From the IMG/VR virus record IMGVR_UViG_3300028800_000001, positions 263,296 to 327,295 of that record: DNA of 64,000 bases, one strand, 5' to 3'. Of the stretch, positions 47,565 through 57,904 are shown piece by piece (within the stretch, counting starts at the first letter, position 1; each line of letters opens with the position of its first letter). The notes below the pieces were generated by a model. The model worked only from the letters and a program-made list of their open reading frames with translations. It made no database searches and had not been told where the DNA came from. The position numbers were made by a program, and so were the translations under genes.

Positions 47565-48704
47565 TTAGTTTCCTGTAAACTCTGAAGGGACGACATTTTG
47601 TGTTGATTTGAGTAATTCTTCCAGGTAACTGAGCACTTCGGTTGAGGTGATCTTTTGCGTTGTCGGCTGATTCGCCTGTAATGCACTCAGTTCTTTGGAA
47701 AGTGCGGTTGCGTTGGCGATAGCTGCGTCACGCTGTTGTTGCAAAATAACCATTTGTTTGCTCGTATCAGTCAGTGTTTGCTGGAGTGTTGCTGCTTGCT
47801 TTTGAAAGTTGGCCGCTTCTTCGGCTTCCTTAAAGAGATTGTCAATATGCGTCATATAGCAGTTGCTTGCCCCTGGAGGACTATCAAGCAGGTGGGAAGG
47901 GTCATAACTGATTTCACCGCGTTCAAAACGCTGTCGCGTTGCAGTACGGCCCTGATGATCAACAACAGAATGTCCAACATTGTCGAGTGCTTTCTCTTCG
48001 TTGCTTATTGGCAGGCCAAGGAGCGTAATGCCGTTGAGGCCAATATTGCCGACGTTTTGATAAAAGGCGAGAATATCGCCTCCAAGAAAGCAGCCATTCT
48101 TTTTGCATTGCCAGCGATTTGTGCCAACCAACTTAAAATAATTGGCAACAACAGGATTTCCGATATCAAGCATGGTATTTGCTCCTAAGAAGGTGAAGAG
48201 GCCGTCCCACGGGTACGTACCTGGGCAGTCGCGTCTGCTGACAGGATCGATAGAAAAGTGGCCGGTGATACCGCCTGTGGCGTCGGCTTTACGCGTCGGA
48301 ATATTCCAGCGCTGACAAATATGTTTAATGAGTGTAAAACTTGCCTGCTGCTGTTGTGGGGTGAGTGCGAGGCCATTGGTGACGTTATTGACGTGTTCAA
48401 TAGAGATAGTAACTAAGTTAGGATTGATTGACCACCAGGAATCCGCGCCTGCGGTAATCACCCCGTTTGCCCATGCCGCGTCATGTTCGCTGACGCATTG
48501 CACAATAATTCCATCACGTCCAACGACGTAGTGAGCTGAGACTTGCGATGCAGGGTTGGCAAAATAGTTGGCAATATTTTGTGCGGTTGGATCGCCTTGT
48601 GATCCGGTACCATGCAAAATAAGATGTGTAGGGCTGTGCCCATAGCGATTCGTCCACATATTTGCTGTTGGTATCCAGAGCGCTCCTGGTTCGTCCATGA
48701 TCAT
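47565..48704 (-). CDS. N-acetylmuramoyl-L-alanine amidase (Amidase_2) endolysin
   Basis: LILHGT, SAHYVV, AAWANG, ISIEH, GH...CPG; C-terminal LGLPISNE...QRFERG wall-binding-like segment and coiled coil. Confidence 0.88.
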   Translation of the reverse strand: MIMDEPGALWIPTANMWTNRYGHSPTHLILHGTGSQGDPTAQNIANYFANPASQVSAHYVVGRDGIIVQCVSEHDAAWANGVITAGADSWWSINPNLVTISIEHVNNVTNGLALTPQQQQASFTLIKHICQRWNIPTRKADATGGITGHFSIDPVSRRDCPGTYPWDGLFTFLGANTMLDIGNPVVANYFKLVGTNRWQCKKNGCFLGGDILAFYQNVGNIGLNGITLLGLPISNEEKALDNVGHSVVDHQGRTATRQRFERGEISYDPSHLLDSPPGASNCYMTHIDNLFKEAEEAANFQKQAATLQQTLTDTSKQMVILQQQRDAAIANATALSKELSALQANQPTTQKITSTEVLSYLEELLKSTQNVVPSEFTGN

Positions 48705-48948
48705 TCTCCCAAAACAAAAAAAGAGTAGAGAAACAAAAAGTAAATTTGTTTCTCTACTCTGAATATTTTTTATTTTTTAGCGCGTTGTAATTTTAGTGTG
48801 ATAGAGTACATGCTGCTGATAGTGACGACGTAAGAAAGAAAGTACAAGTGAACACAAAACATAGAGCATGATAACGGTCACGGTAACTCCTCGCACTGAG
48901 TTCTGTCCCTAGTATACCAGTTTCCTGTGCCTCCTGCAAAGAGGGGGG

Positions 48949-49236
48949 TTACTTATATGTCACGTCGTGGCGCATTGAACTGGTGTACTGCGCACACAGC
49001 GTATCCTTTTTCTCGTCTAACTCACGAAGTGCCTTTTCGCAGCGCTCTATTTCTTCGTTGTACAGTTTCAGCGTAAAATCTGTAAGCTCTTGAGAGGTGA
49101 CGACCTTTGGTAACGCTTCTTTGAATTGCTGGATCGTGGCTATTCTTCTCTTAATTTCTTGTCCTTTGCTGTCTAGCGCGCTGAGGAGCAATTCAAACAT
49201 TTCGTTATCAACCACTATTGATCTACCTTCCTGCAT
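48949..49236 (-). CDS. Coiled-coil hypothetical protein
   Basis: Resembles C-terminus of 49223..49843. Confidence 0.45.
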   Translation of the reverse strand: MQEGRSIVVDNEMFELLLSALDSKGQEIKRRIATIQQFKEALPKVVTSQELTDFTLKLYNEEIERCEKALRELDEKKDTLCAQYTSSMRHDVTYK

Positions 49237-49843
49237 AGCCTTTTTCCCTTCGTTGCATATTGATCAACTCTTCGACGGACTCCAGGTGTTCCGTACGTTT
49301 CTTTAGGTGCTCTATTTCGTGAAGGATAGCGCGCATCACACTATCATGACCGCTGCCTTTCAAAGGCGTGTCGTCTTGGAGTGTCTGATAGGCACTTTGG
49401 AGCGCTTCGCTTTCGCTATAGAGCTGTGCGCGCATGCTTCCAAGCGCTACGAGCAGATCTCGTGTGGTCTCGTCGTCTTCAACATAAAACGTGTATTCGT
49501 ATTGCATTGGTGTATCTTTTCTCACCTTCGGGGTGTAGCGAAAGTAAAACCTTGGATAATAATCATCATCATAGTTGGTGCCAAACTCCAGCCAGATATG
49601 TTTATCGTAGGTATCAATGAGTTCATAGCCGTCTCCAAAAGAACCGACAACGCGAACGTTCGCAAAGGCAAAACCGGAGAAAATGAGGCCGCTTGCATCG
49701 TGGCTCGAAACAGTCTCCAGATACGAACGGTAGCCATCGGAGGGGTCTTCTACTACTTCCCAGACACTCTGTCCCAATTTAAAACATTGGTTATCTATCC
49801 CATAAAAGGGATAGCTTTTTCCAACTATCTCATTAAATTCCAT
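49223..49843 (-). CDS. Hypothetical phage protein
   Basis: EDPSDGYRSY, FGTNYDDDYYP; GGAGG RBS. Confidence 0.6.
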   Translation of the reverse strand: MEFNEIVGKSYPFYGIDNQCFKLGQSVWEVVEDPSDGYRSYLETVSSHDASGLIFSGFAFANVRVVGSFGDGYELIDTYDKHIWLEFGTNYDDDYYPRFYFRYTPKVRKDTPMQYEYTFYVEDDETTRDLLVALGSMRAQLYSESEALQSAYQTLQDDTPLKGSGHDSVMRAILHEIEHLKKRTEHLESVEELINMQRREKGYAGR

Positions 49844-49857
49844 GACCTCTTCCTCCT

Positions 49858-50295
49858 TTATTTTTTAAGCAGCTTGTTCGCAAACGAACAATGTAGCAAA
49901 CTTGCGATCTTCTCTGGCGTCAAGGCAGCGACACGACTTGCAGCCGGTGGTGCGCCTGGGCGATGAATTTTCCAGTGCACTTCGACAATGCGTCCATCAG
50001 AAAGTACATAATGATAAACCTCTTCTGGATGCTTTGGAGGCGTCACTTGGTACAGCTCGTCTTTAAACTCAAAGATAATTTTATCTTGCACAATCTCTCG
50101 TGCCAGGATGCCATCGCCAAAGACGGCTGCAAGTGTTTGCCAATCAAGCCCCTGCGCTTCTAAAAGCTCAGAAACAATAGGTGGGTGGGTTTCAATCCAA
50201 CTTACTCCAAAGATGCGATAGTCTGGGAAGATAATATACGGTGTTCCTACGGTATCCAGTTCGTAGGTTTTCCCACCATATTCAAATGTAGTCAT
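49858..50295 (-). CDS. Hypothetical protein with two internal repeats
   Basis: Start MTTFEY; FEY/FEF...Y...D.RI..V.W repeated; promoter 50327..50380. Confidence 0.55.
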   Translation of the reverse strand: MTTFEYGGKTYELDTVGTPYIIFPDYRIFGVSWIETHPPIVSELLEAQGLDWQTLAAVFGDGILAREIVQDKIIFEFKDELYQVTPPKHPEEVYHYVLSDGRIVEVHWKIHRPGAPPAASRVAALTPEKIASLLHCSFANKLLKK

Positions 50296-50326
50296 ACGGT
50301 TCCCCTTTCTTGTACTAATCCAGGGA

Positions 50327-50380
50327 AGTATAGACAGTTCTCTTGTGAAAGTCAAGAAAATATTCTTTGTATTTTCAGAA
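50327..50380 (-). promoter_or_regulatory. Sigma70-type promoter with conserved upstream element
   Basis: TTCTGAAAATACA-N12-TTGACT-N17-TATACT. Confidence 0.7.
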
Positions 50381-50408
50381 AAATAAAAAAGAGCTTCAAA
50401 AGAAGCTC

Positions 50409-51758
50409 TCATCCAAGGGACTCTTCTTTCTTTTTGACGTTTTCTTTGAGGAGTCCATGCTTGTTACAAAGGTATTTCACCACTGTGTAATAGCGGTTGC
50501 TAATACCAAGTTCTTTGCAGACCTCGCCGCGCTTCACTAAGCCTTCCTGGCACACTTCAAGAATGCGGTCTACGATGTACTGCTCAACGTCACCGTAACC
50601 TGGAATATCAATTATTGCGGTGAGCGGATCAGTATTTGGTGAAAATTGCCGCATGCCCTGATAACTATGTGTGCGCACCAGTGTATAGATATGATCAGCG
50701 CTGGTATATGGGATAGCGACAATCATGGCTTTTTCCATTGTGGCCGCGTCCAGAATACACTTTCCGATAGCCATACGTAAGCGTGGTAGCAGTGTCTTAA
50801 TCGAAAGCTTTGTGAAGCCGCTCATACGGGCGTGATCATCGCTACAGAAGAACGCATAGTGACTGGCGATATTGTCGCGTGCGAGCGTGGGTAGCACTGT
50901 TGCAGGCATACTCTGACCTGAGACTAGACAATACATGCGGAACTTTCTTCCCTCTAAGATGACACGCTGGATGGCGTCAATCGCGCTTTCAAACTTTTCG
51001 CCGCGTTTCTTTTTCATATGCTCGTAGAGACTTATGAGTGGAAGTTCATCAACGACTAGCCAGAGCGGATCGTCTAGACATACGCCACCATTCTCATCGT
51101 AGCGTTTGACGCGTGCATCAAGTTCCTGGTGAACTGTGGAAACATGCGAAAGAATAGTTTTGCAATCATGTGCATAGGGAAAGATAGTCTTTAGCTTTGA
51201 GAGCGTCGCATGCGGGTCAAAGATCATCACGTCCGAATTCTTCAAAATCATTTGTGCGATAAAGAAGTACAGCAGAGTGGTTTTCCCGCGCTTTGGCTTG
51301 CCGATCACGGCAGTAGACATGACGCCATCATCCATATTTTCTTTGATTGGTACCGAGCGTGTTTGTGCGAAAGCTCCAACACCTATTTCCTCCAGTGCAT
51401 AGCCCAGGATGAAATTTTCGTCATCCATATCAGGGATACAATGTGGGAAGGTTGGTGCTTCCGGCAGAGTCGTAGTAGCCGTTTCTACAGGGCGTTTTGG
51501 TGGCTCTTCCCGAAATACCCCTTCATAGATTTGCTCTTCTTCGCGCACTGTTGTTTGCGGCTCTCGTAAGAGCGGAAGCGCGCCTCCTCTGATACTGATG
51601 TTCTCTCTCCACTGTGCCCAATAGAGACGCCCCGCGCAAAAGATAAAGATACAACTGCCAAGAACGCCCCAAAACATGTTGGCGCTGATCACATTTAAAA
51701 AGAAGCAGAGAAAGGCACCAACGGTGCCTGCCCCTGCTACAACTAAGCTTCTATTCAT
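50409..51758 (-). CDS. Membrane-anchored FtsK/HerA-like ATPase
   Basis: Two N-terminal TMs, GKPKRGKTT, LVVDEL, EGRKF, SGQ; C-terminal wHTH-like. Confidence 0.8.
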   Translation of the reverse strand: MNRSLVVAGAGTVGAFLCFFLNVISANMFWGVLGSCIFIFCAGRLYWAQWRENISIRGGALPLLREPQTTVREEEQIYEGVFREEPPKRPVETATTTLPEAPTFPHCIPDMDDENFILGYALEEIGVGAFAQTRSVPIKENMDDGVMSTAVIGKPKRGKTTLLYFFIAQMILKNSDVMIFDPHATLSKLKTIFPYAHDCKTILSHVSTVHQELDARVKRYDENGGVCLDDPLWLVVDELPLISLYEHMKKKRGEKFESAIDAIQRVILEGRKFRMYCLVSGQSMPATVLPTLARDNIASHYAFFCSDDHARMSGFTKLSIKTLLPRLRMAIGKCILDAATMEKAMIVAIPYTSADHIYTLVRTHSYQGMRQFSPNTDPLTAIIDIPGYGDVEQYIVDRILEVCQEGLVKRGEVCKELGISNRYYTVVKYLCNKHGLLKENVKKKEESLG

Positions 51759-51767
51759 CCGATCCCC

Positions 51768-52868
51768 CTACAGACTATTTGCGGCTTCTTCCTCTTTTTT
51801 CAGTTCGCCAGATTTCAATTCACCGGACTTGCGTTTTGATCCTGGCTTTGGGCCACGTTTCGCTCCACGCTTGTCTCTTTCAAACTGAAAGGAGGTTACT
51901 TTGACTTCATCGGTGTCTTTTTCAGACTCCTCTACCCTATTGGGCTCAAGAAGCATGAGTGCTTTTTCTTTCCAGCGGCGCGCACTGATGATGTCCACCT
52001 GGAGATGATCAGCAATCATTTGATCGGTGACGAGCATATTGCCGTCCATGAACTTTAAGGTCTGATCAAGCTTACTCTCTTCGCGTGGTTCTTCGTCTTC
52101 TTCGATTGGCGACTCTTCGGAAGGCTCTTCTTCAGCAGGTTGTTCAGTCTCTTCTTGTGATGCTTCTTCCTGTTTGGTCTTGCCACCAACGGCATTACCG
52201 AAGACATCTTTACCGGCATCAACGGCCTCATTCGTTTTATCTCTGAGTGTGGCGATAAATCCTGGCCCCTTTGCGTCATCTCTGAGCTCTTTGAGTCTCT
52301 TTTGCTTTACAGCAGTCTCTTCAAAGTACTTAATTTGCTGATCAAGCTCTGCGGCTGTTGGAGGCTTGGAGCCAAAGAATTCCGCGATGATTGAATACAC
52401 AAGCGAGAAGAGCGTAAAACCAGAAGCAAAAATGGGATTGATTTTGAGCAACGAAAGATTAACTTTCATCTGCGCAACGTAGTGTAAAACGTTACTACGG
52501 TCGTAGACCGGCTGCATCGCTCCTGTCGGCTGCATAATCAGTTCCATGTTTTGAAAATGCGTCGCGTATTCCCAGTTGATAAAGGTGCTGTACCCTGCAA
52601 GTGCTAAGACGAACACCCAAACAATCAAAAATACCCAGATTGGCATTGATTTTCGAAAAAACATGATTGCGGTCGTGGTCACAAGCGCGGTGATATCGAT
52701 TGCTCCTGCAATCGCATACGAGCCAACAATGTTGCCTCCACCGGCTTCAAAATCGTTGTAGAAGGTCGCGATATGGTGGATTGATGCCCACATGAACGCA
52801 ACATAGCAGCCAATAAAAATTATTCTGACTAGTACTGTCATAATGGCCGCGCCCCGTGTCTTAACCAT
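51768..52868 (-). CDS. Multi-pass membrane protein with acidic linker and C-terminal HTH (Spd/DUF2637-like)
   Basis: Four TMs, AIAGAID, DQMIADHLQVDIISARRW. Confidence 0.55.
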   Translation of the reverse strand: MVKTRGAAIMTVLVRIIFIGCYVAFMWASIHHIATFYNDFEAGGGNIVGSYAIAGAIDITALVTTTAIMFFRKSMPIWVFLIVWVFVLALAGYSTFINWEYATHFQNMELIMQPTGAMQPVYDRSNVLHYVAQMKVNLSLLKINPIFASGFTLFSLVYSIIAEFFGSKPPTAAELDQQIKYFEETAVKQKRLKELRDDAKGPGFIATLRDKTNEAVDAGKDVFGNAVGGKTKQEEASQEETEQPAEEEPSEESPIEEDEEPREESKLDQTLKFMDGNMLVTDQMIADHLQVDIISARRWKEKALMLLEPNRVEESEKDTDEVKVTSFQFERDKRGAKRGPKPGSKRKSGELKSGELKKEEEAANSL

Positions 52869-53025
52869 AAAGGTATCTCTCTTTCCTTTTTCTTAAAATT
52901 TTCTCTGTATTTTCAGAAGATTATTGTTAGTATACCATACTCGTCCAATGCGCGCTAGCCTTGCGTGCGTTTTGCGTGCCTGCTTCGTTATAGAGATAAT
53001 ACCTTGAAAGGATAGTCAATTCTCT

Positions 53026-53346
53026 ATGATTCTTACCACGTATGAGCAGGAAGTACTGCGCACCTGTAGCGTTTCGAGTAAGCGCGATCACTTTTTGATG
53101 GCATCGCTTGGTCTCTCTGGAGAGGTCGGTGAAATAACAGATTTGCTCAAAAAACATTTGTTTCATTCGCATGAACTTGATCGCGAAAAAGTTATTTTGG
53201 AGTTGGGCGATGTGCTGTGGTATCTCACAGAACTTGCGCATGCCCTGGAGACGACACTTGATGCGGTGCTTGAAAAGAACGTTGAAAAGTTGCGTCTGCG
53301 GTATCCTGATGGCTTTTCTGTTGAACGTTCGCATCATCATGGCTAA
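53026..53346 (+). CDS. MazG-like nucleotide pyrophosphohydrolase
   Basis: GLSGEVGEITD, ELGDVLWY, NVEKLRLRYP. Confidence 0.9.
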   Translation: MILTTYEQEVLRTCSVSSKRDHFLMASLGLSGEVGEITDLLKKHLFHSHELDREKVILELGDVLWYLTELAHALETTLDAVLEKNVEKLRLRYPDGFSVERSHHHG

Positions 53347-53599
53347 GTGCTGTATTGCAGGATGTTCAAAAGATATGTTCAAGAAGAAAGTCTTTCCACT
53401 AGATGAGCAACGTGTCCTGGTCTGGGATTTTTGTCTTGGACACTATTTGGCACTACGGCATGTCTCTATTTGGAAAATACTGAGCTATCTGCCAGGATCG
53501 CGCTGTCCAGAACTCAATTGATACAGGGTGTGAGTGATTTTTTCACTCACACTCTCCCCTTTTGTAAAACGCATAAGGAGTGCGATGATATCAACGGAT

Positions 53600-54409
53600 T
53601 TAAAAGTCGTGATACGAAGCCCAACTCTCCAACTCATCTCGGTAGATTTTGTACGGTTTTCCGCCAGCCTTCGTGATATCTACGACGTAGGTACGCCGGT
53701 CTCCCAGCGGCGCACTAAATTCCTCCATCTCTGCACTTTCACAGATTTTTTGTCCTTCAGGATACGGAGAAGTTGCGTAGAGTTTTTCTATACGTATCCC
53801 CTCTTTCCCCATCTTAATAATCTCTTGGACGGTTCCACGTAGCAGCCGACGCGAAAAGCGGAGTTGCTCACTCTTTCCATACTTCCTGGTGGCTCCAATG
53901 CTTTTAACTAAGCATTCATAGGAATGCCCAGGCTCAAAGGGGAGTAAATCCGCAGCAGTCAGATCCCAGCCGCGTATCTCTCCACGCATGAACGCTTCAA
54001 GGCGTTCGGGTCTCAGGGCTTGAACAATAATAAACGCCACAATCTCTTCGTTTTGCTTGACCAGATAGTTGCCTCTGGGAGACGCTTCAATCATCGGTCT
54101 ACGTATAGCAGCCGAAGAGGTGTGCCCAAAGAGCTCGTGGGCCACGGCATAGACACCATCCATATCCTCTGGTGTTGCCTGCACAAACGTCAGAACTTCT
54201 TCCTCCGTTGCCTCCTCAATAGCAGCGCGAAATTGCTGCAACTCCAGAGCCGTTGCTTCAACGCTTTCACGATCATAGACGCTTTGTTTGCTTTTGGGCT
54301 TTGGAATCGCTTTAATAGAGCCATTGGCAACCAATCGATAAAATTTGCTGCGGTCTACCTGAAGACGCGCAATGGCTTCCTTTGCCGTATACACTTTTTT
54401 CTTTCGCAT
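53600..54409 (-). CDS. Excisionase-like HTH fused to GNAT-like domain
   Basis: YTAKEAIARLQVDRSKFYRLVANGSI; FVQATPEDM...KLYATS. Confidence 0.7.
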   Translation of the reverse strand: MRKKKVYTAKEAIARLQVDRSKFYRLVANGSIKAIPKPKSKQSVYDRESVEATALELQQFRAAIEEATEEEVLTFVQATPEDMDGVYAVAHELFGHTSSAAIRRPMIEASPRGNYLVKQNEEIVAFIIVQALRPERLEAFMRGEIRGWDLTAADLLPFEPGHSYECLVKSIGATRKYGKSEQLRFSRRLLRGTVQEIIKMGKEGIRIEKLYATSPYPEGQKICESAEMEEFSAPLGDRRTYVVDITKAGGKPYKIYRDELESWASYHDF

Positions 54410-54531
54410 TGTTTTCCTCGCAGATAATGGGATTTTCTTTTTCATCTTACCATGTGTTGAAACAGACAGCAACATTACAACTGTTCGCACTATTGTAGCT
54501 CGAACAGTTTTTCCAATTTGACGCCTGCTTG

Positions 54532-54561
54532 TTGACAAGTTTCCCTTTTTTCGTTTATAAT
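54532..54561 (+). promoter_or_regulatory. Consensus sigma70 promoter divergent from HTH-GNAT gene
   Basis: TTGACA-N18-TATAAT; inverted repeat ACTGTTCG...CGAACAGT at 54480..54508. Confidence 0.6.
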
Positions 54562-54632
54562 TTGAGCATAAACTGTTCCAACTATTCGGAATATCTCCAT
54601 TGTACCATAGCATGAAGAGAAAAGGAAATAGA

Positions 54633-54899
54633 ATGAAGCCACAAAAGGATGTTTTGTGCTGCACACGACGGAACTGCCTTCCAAAGGAACCGTGTCGCTA
54701 CTGGCACGATGCTCTCTATACCAAAGAGCAACGCGGCGAAGAGATGGTGGTCACTAATCACCGTAAGACCGCAACGATCCGCAAGGTCAATGATCGCTAT
54801 ATTCTCGAAGCGAAACGCCTGCTGCCTATTTCTGTTAAAAATCGTAGTGCGCTCCATCATGTAATGAATGAGTTCGATATCTCTTTAGTAGGATGGTAA
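54633..54899 (+). CDS. Hypothetical protein
   Basis: AGGA RBS, downstream of promoter. Confidence 0.45.
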   Translation: MKPQKDVLCCTRRNCLPKEPCRYWHDALYTKEQRGEEMVVTNHRKTATIRKVNDRYILEAKRLLPISVKNRSALHHVMNEFDISLVGW

Positions 54900-55118
54900 T
54901 TATGCACCCAGAAACTTTTTGTTTAAAGACGCGTTGCAATTGTCATGAGCACCATACGAATATCATTGAACTTTGGACATACTATTGGGAGGGGCTGATC
55001 ACATTTGAAAACATGCTCTCCATTTTTCGTGGCCTGACACTTTACGGCTGGTAAACTTCTCCTTTTCCTACACACATAAAAAAGAGAAAGAACAAAAAAA
55101 AACTGTTCTTTCTCTTTT

Positions 55119-55469
55119 TTATTTTCCTTGTTTGTGATCGCGTAAAAATGTCCAGGTGAGCAGCGTCTCAGTTGTTGTGTGCTGTTGGATGATCAGGCAG
55201 TTGCCGGTTTCCAAGAAACAAAAGCTGGCATCAGGGTAGGTGATAAACAGTTCATAGTGTGGCGTTTCTATAGTGCAGCCTCCACTGTGCTGATCGCTTT
55301 CTTGTTCTATTACCTGTGCGCTCCATATTTCGCGATGACAATCGCTCCACTCATAGCCACCTCTATTTGAGAGCGCATGCCGGTGCAGTGTCCAGAGATA
55401 GCCATCAAGAAGCGCACGCAGCTTTTTATAGAATTGATCTTTGTTCTTATAGGTCAGTGGTTCAAACAC
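55119..55469 (-). CDS. Hypothetical protein
   Basis: GAGGAG RBS; terminator hairpin 55078..55119. Confidence 0.5.
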   Translation of the reverse strand: MFEPLTYKNKDQFYKKLRALLDGYLWTLHRHALSNRGGYEWSDCHREIWSAQVIEQESDQHSGGCTIETPHYELFITYPDASFCFLETGNCLIIQQHTTTETLLTWTFLRDHKQGK

Positions 55470-56028
55470 GTGTTAACTCCTCTTCAAAGTAATTGCTAGA
55501 GCTTCCATCGGGCTCTTCGTAGGTATAGACGGGAACGGCGCGCACATCGTCTGCAATAGTCATATTTTCTGGCGTTACGAGAAAGCAGGCACCTTCATGT
55601 AACCCTTCGAGAATACGGACGTACATGCCTGGGCCATAGGCAAAGCGCTCATGTGCCAGAACGTGATCTTTGAGCACGCTGTCTGTCCAATTGTGGTAGA
55701 GGCCGTGCACCAGCATGCGCACCGATTTGCTGTAAGAGATTGACACCCCAACTGTTCGGTAGTAGTTATCCAGCGCAAGGAGCCGCGCAATCTCTTCTTC
55801 GTTATAATCGCTTTGGCGTTTCGCAAGATACACCGGCTCCGCAAAGCAACCATCAAAGAGACGGTGGCACGCAGGACAGACGCCTTGTCCGTGGTCAAGT
55901 AAAGTGCGCAGAGGATGATAGGTAAAGCCAACATAAAGAAGTTGATCACCGCGCCACTGGCAGGAACAACGATAAAAGCTTGGGTTTGGGTCAAGAATAG
56001 AGGCCAGCGCCTCTGTATACTCATTCAT
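55462..56028 (-). CDS. Zn-ribbon hypothetical protein
   Basis: CSC...CPAC; start MNEYT after GGAG. Confidence 0.5.
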   Translation of the reverse strand: MNEYTEALASILDPNPSFYRCSCQWRGDQLLYVGFTYHPLRTLLDHGQGVCPACHRLFDGCFAEPVYLAKRQSDYNEEEIARLLALDNYYRTVGVSISYSKSVRMLVHGLYHNWTDSVLKDHVLAHERFAYGPGMYVRILEGLHEGACFLVTPENMTIADDVRAVPVYTYEEPDGSSSNYFEEELTRV

Positions 56029-56506
56029 AGGGGGGTCTCCTTTGTACAAAAGAGCTGGCAGGATTTTTCTCCTGCCAGCCAATTACGATTGCTGTTGGTA
56101 GCCTTTGAGGATACCTTCGCGCAGCGCCGCTCTATCCTGGGCTTCTCGAAAGATAGTTTTGACGATGCGTTGAGTAATGGCGTCCTGGGCTTCCTCTGTA
56201 AAGAGGGGGTTGACGACGCGAATACTCATGCCGATAAGTGTTGCGCATTCTTGTAAGAATTGCTGATCCATAGGTCTATTCCTTGATAACTAAAAGTGAG
56301 CACAAAAGTGCTGCAATAAAAAGAAAGGCAAGCATACGTTTGGTAATGCGACCACGTTCGCGGGTATCAATACCAATAGAGATGCCAGCGCTGCTACAGG
56401 CGCTCACAAATCCTAAAAAAAGAAGCAGTCTGGTTCCGCTCACGAGAGGTTCTCCTTTGTTTTCTCTCATTATGCGTTGTAGCGCATCTTTTCTCAAGCA
56501 TGTCTA

Positions 56507-56560
56507 ACTATAGGAGAAAAATGGGCACGTGTCAAGACTATTTTCTCTGTATTTTCAGAA
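56507..56560 (-). promoter_or_regulatory. Sigma70-type promoter with conserved upstream element
   Basis: TTCTGAAAATACA-N12-TTGACA-N17-TATAGT. Confidence 0.7.
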
Positions 56561-56606
56561 GCAGGAGAATTCCACAGGTTTTTTCTGAATTTGGCCTGAA
56601 AAAGTA

Positions 56607-56635
56607 TTGCAATAACGGATGGTGTCTGCTATAGT
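56607..56635 (+). promoter_or_regulatory. Promoter for array / Tas-like operon
   Basis: TTGCAA-N17-TATAGT with extended -10 TG. Confidence 0.65.
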
Positions 56636-56674
56636 GAGGATAGAGCGCACTTCAATGATCTTTGCAAAAGCTGC

Positions 56675-56963
56675 GTACGAGCCAAACTGATAGTCGTTTC
56701 ACTGACGGGTTGTGAGCAAGGTACTACGTTTTTTCAAATACCGGATGCGATCCCTGATGAGGTGATTATTCAAATTGAATGCGAGAGTCAGTCAATCAGT
56801 TTTTCAATTTAGAAGTATGAGTCAGAAGAGATTGTTTTTTCAACGTACGCGTACGAAACGAATTCTGCGTCTCTTCGCTTACCAAGCTTGAACCAATTCT
56901 TACGTTTTTCAAAAGTTTCGTGTGAATCAGGAGCATTGTTATCTCAACAAGCTTGTTTGAACC
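56675..56963 (+). repeat. TIGR-like dual-repeat array 1 (~8 units, ~35 nt period)
   Basis: GTRYGARYC-like repeats at 56675, 56710, 56745, 56781, 56815, 56851, 56886, 56920, 56955, alternating with GTTTTTCA-like repeats and 8-10 nt variable segments. Confidence 0.75.
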
Positions 56964-56981
56964 AGAAAGGAACACCAGAGA

Positions 56982-57866
56982 GTGCCCAGAAGTACCATTT
57001 CAAAGAAGTTTAATGATGAGCTCATTGTCGAACTTGGTGAGCCGGAAACGTCCCGCATTACTGAGTTGCGCCTCACCAAAGATTTACAAAAGGCAGCAGC
57101 TCTTCTTGGCCGTGAAGAAGCTCGTTATTACGTTGATATGTACTATAACTTCCAACAATTGCGGATGGGCGCAGGATCACAGATCCGTCAGATGCAGTTG
57201 ATTGGCGAACCATCCATGATGCTTCAGTGGACGTTTACGCTCTATGAGCAGATTGAGAATGATATCAAGAGTGCACTAAGTATCTATGCTAAGGGGAACA
57301 TTGTAGGTCGCTGGGCCATGAGCAATCCTGGCATTGGGCCGGTTATTGCCGCAGGATTACTTGCCCATATTGACATTACCCGCTCGACCTACGCCGGTAA
57401 CCTCTGGAGCTTTGCAGGACTTAATCCAAAGGTGAAGTGGGAGAAGGGGCAAAAGCGCCCCTGGAATGCAGCACTCAAAGTGCTCAGTTGGAAGATAGGG
57501 CAAAGCATGGTGAAAGTATCGAATAACCCCAATAGTGTCTATGGCCCTCTGTATAAGCAGCGCAAAGTCTATGAGCAAGAGAAGAACGAGAACATGGAGT
57601 TTGCTGAGCAGGCAAAAATGATTCTGGCGACCAAGAAAATCGGCAAAGAGACCGAAGCCTACAAATGGTACGCGATGGGTAAGTTGCCCCCTGCGCACAT
57701 CCAGGCGCGTGCCGAGCGCTGGACAACGAAGATCTTTTTGAGCCACTACCATGCGGTTGCCTATGAGATTGAATATAAAAAGCCCAGTCCAGAGCCCTAC
57801 GCCCTGGCGTATCTTGGGCATCAGGATATGATCCCAGTTCCCAATTGGCCTCTGATTGAGGAGTAA
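56982..57866 (+). CDS. IS110/Nop-fold RNA-binding protein lacking a nuclease domain (TasA-like)
   Basis: Coiled coil (YYNFQQLR), PGIGPVIAAGLLAHI, LWSFAGL, WN..LK; no RuvC DEDD domain, no HNH, no IS110 SG loop; flanked by arrays. Confidence 0.72.
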   Translation: MPRSTISKKFNDELIVELGEPETSRITELRLTKDLQKAAALLGREEARYYVDMYYNFQQLRMGAGSQIRQMQLIGEPSMMLQWTFTLYEQIENDIKSALSIYAKGNIVGRWAMSNPGIGPVIAAGLLAHIDITRSTYAGNLWSFAGLNPKVKWEKGQKRPWNAALKVLSWKIGQSMVKVSNNPNSVYGPLYKQRKVYEQEKNENMEFAEQAKMILATKKIGKETEAYKWYAMGKLPPAHIQARAERWTTKIFLSHYHAVAYEIEYKKPSPEPYALAYLGHQDMIPVPNWPLIEE

Positions 57867-57904
57867 GTACTATGATGCGCACATCTTTTTCTGGTGTGCG
57901 CCCC

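Noticed and set aside
56982-57866. Active IS110 transposase / IS element
   Set aside because: Lacks the N-terminal DEDD RuvC domain and the SG catalytic loop, and is flanked by periodic arrays rather than a single bridge-RNA end
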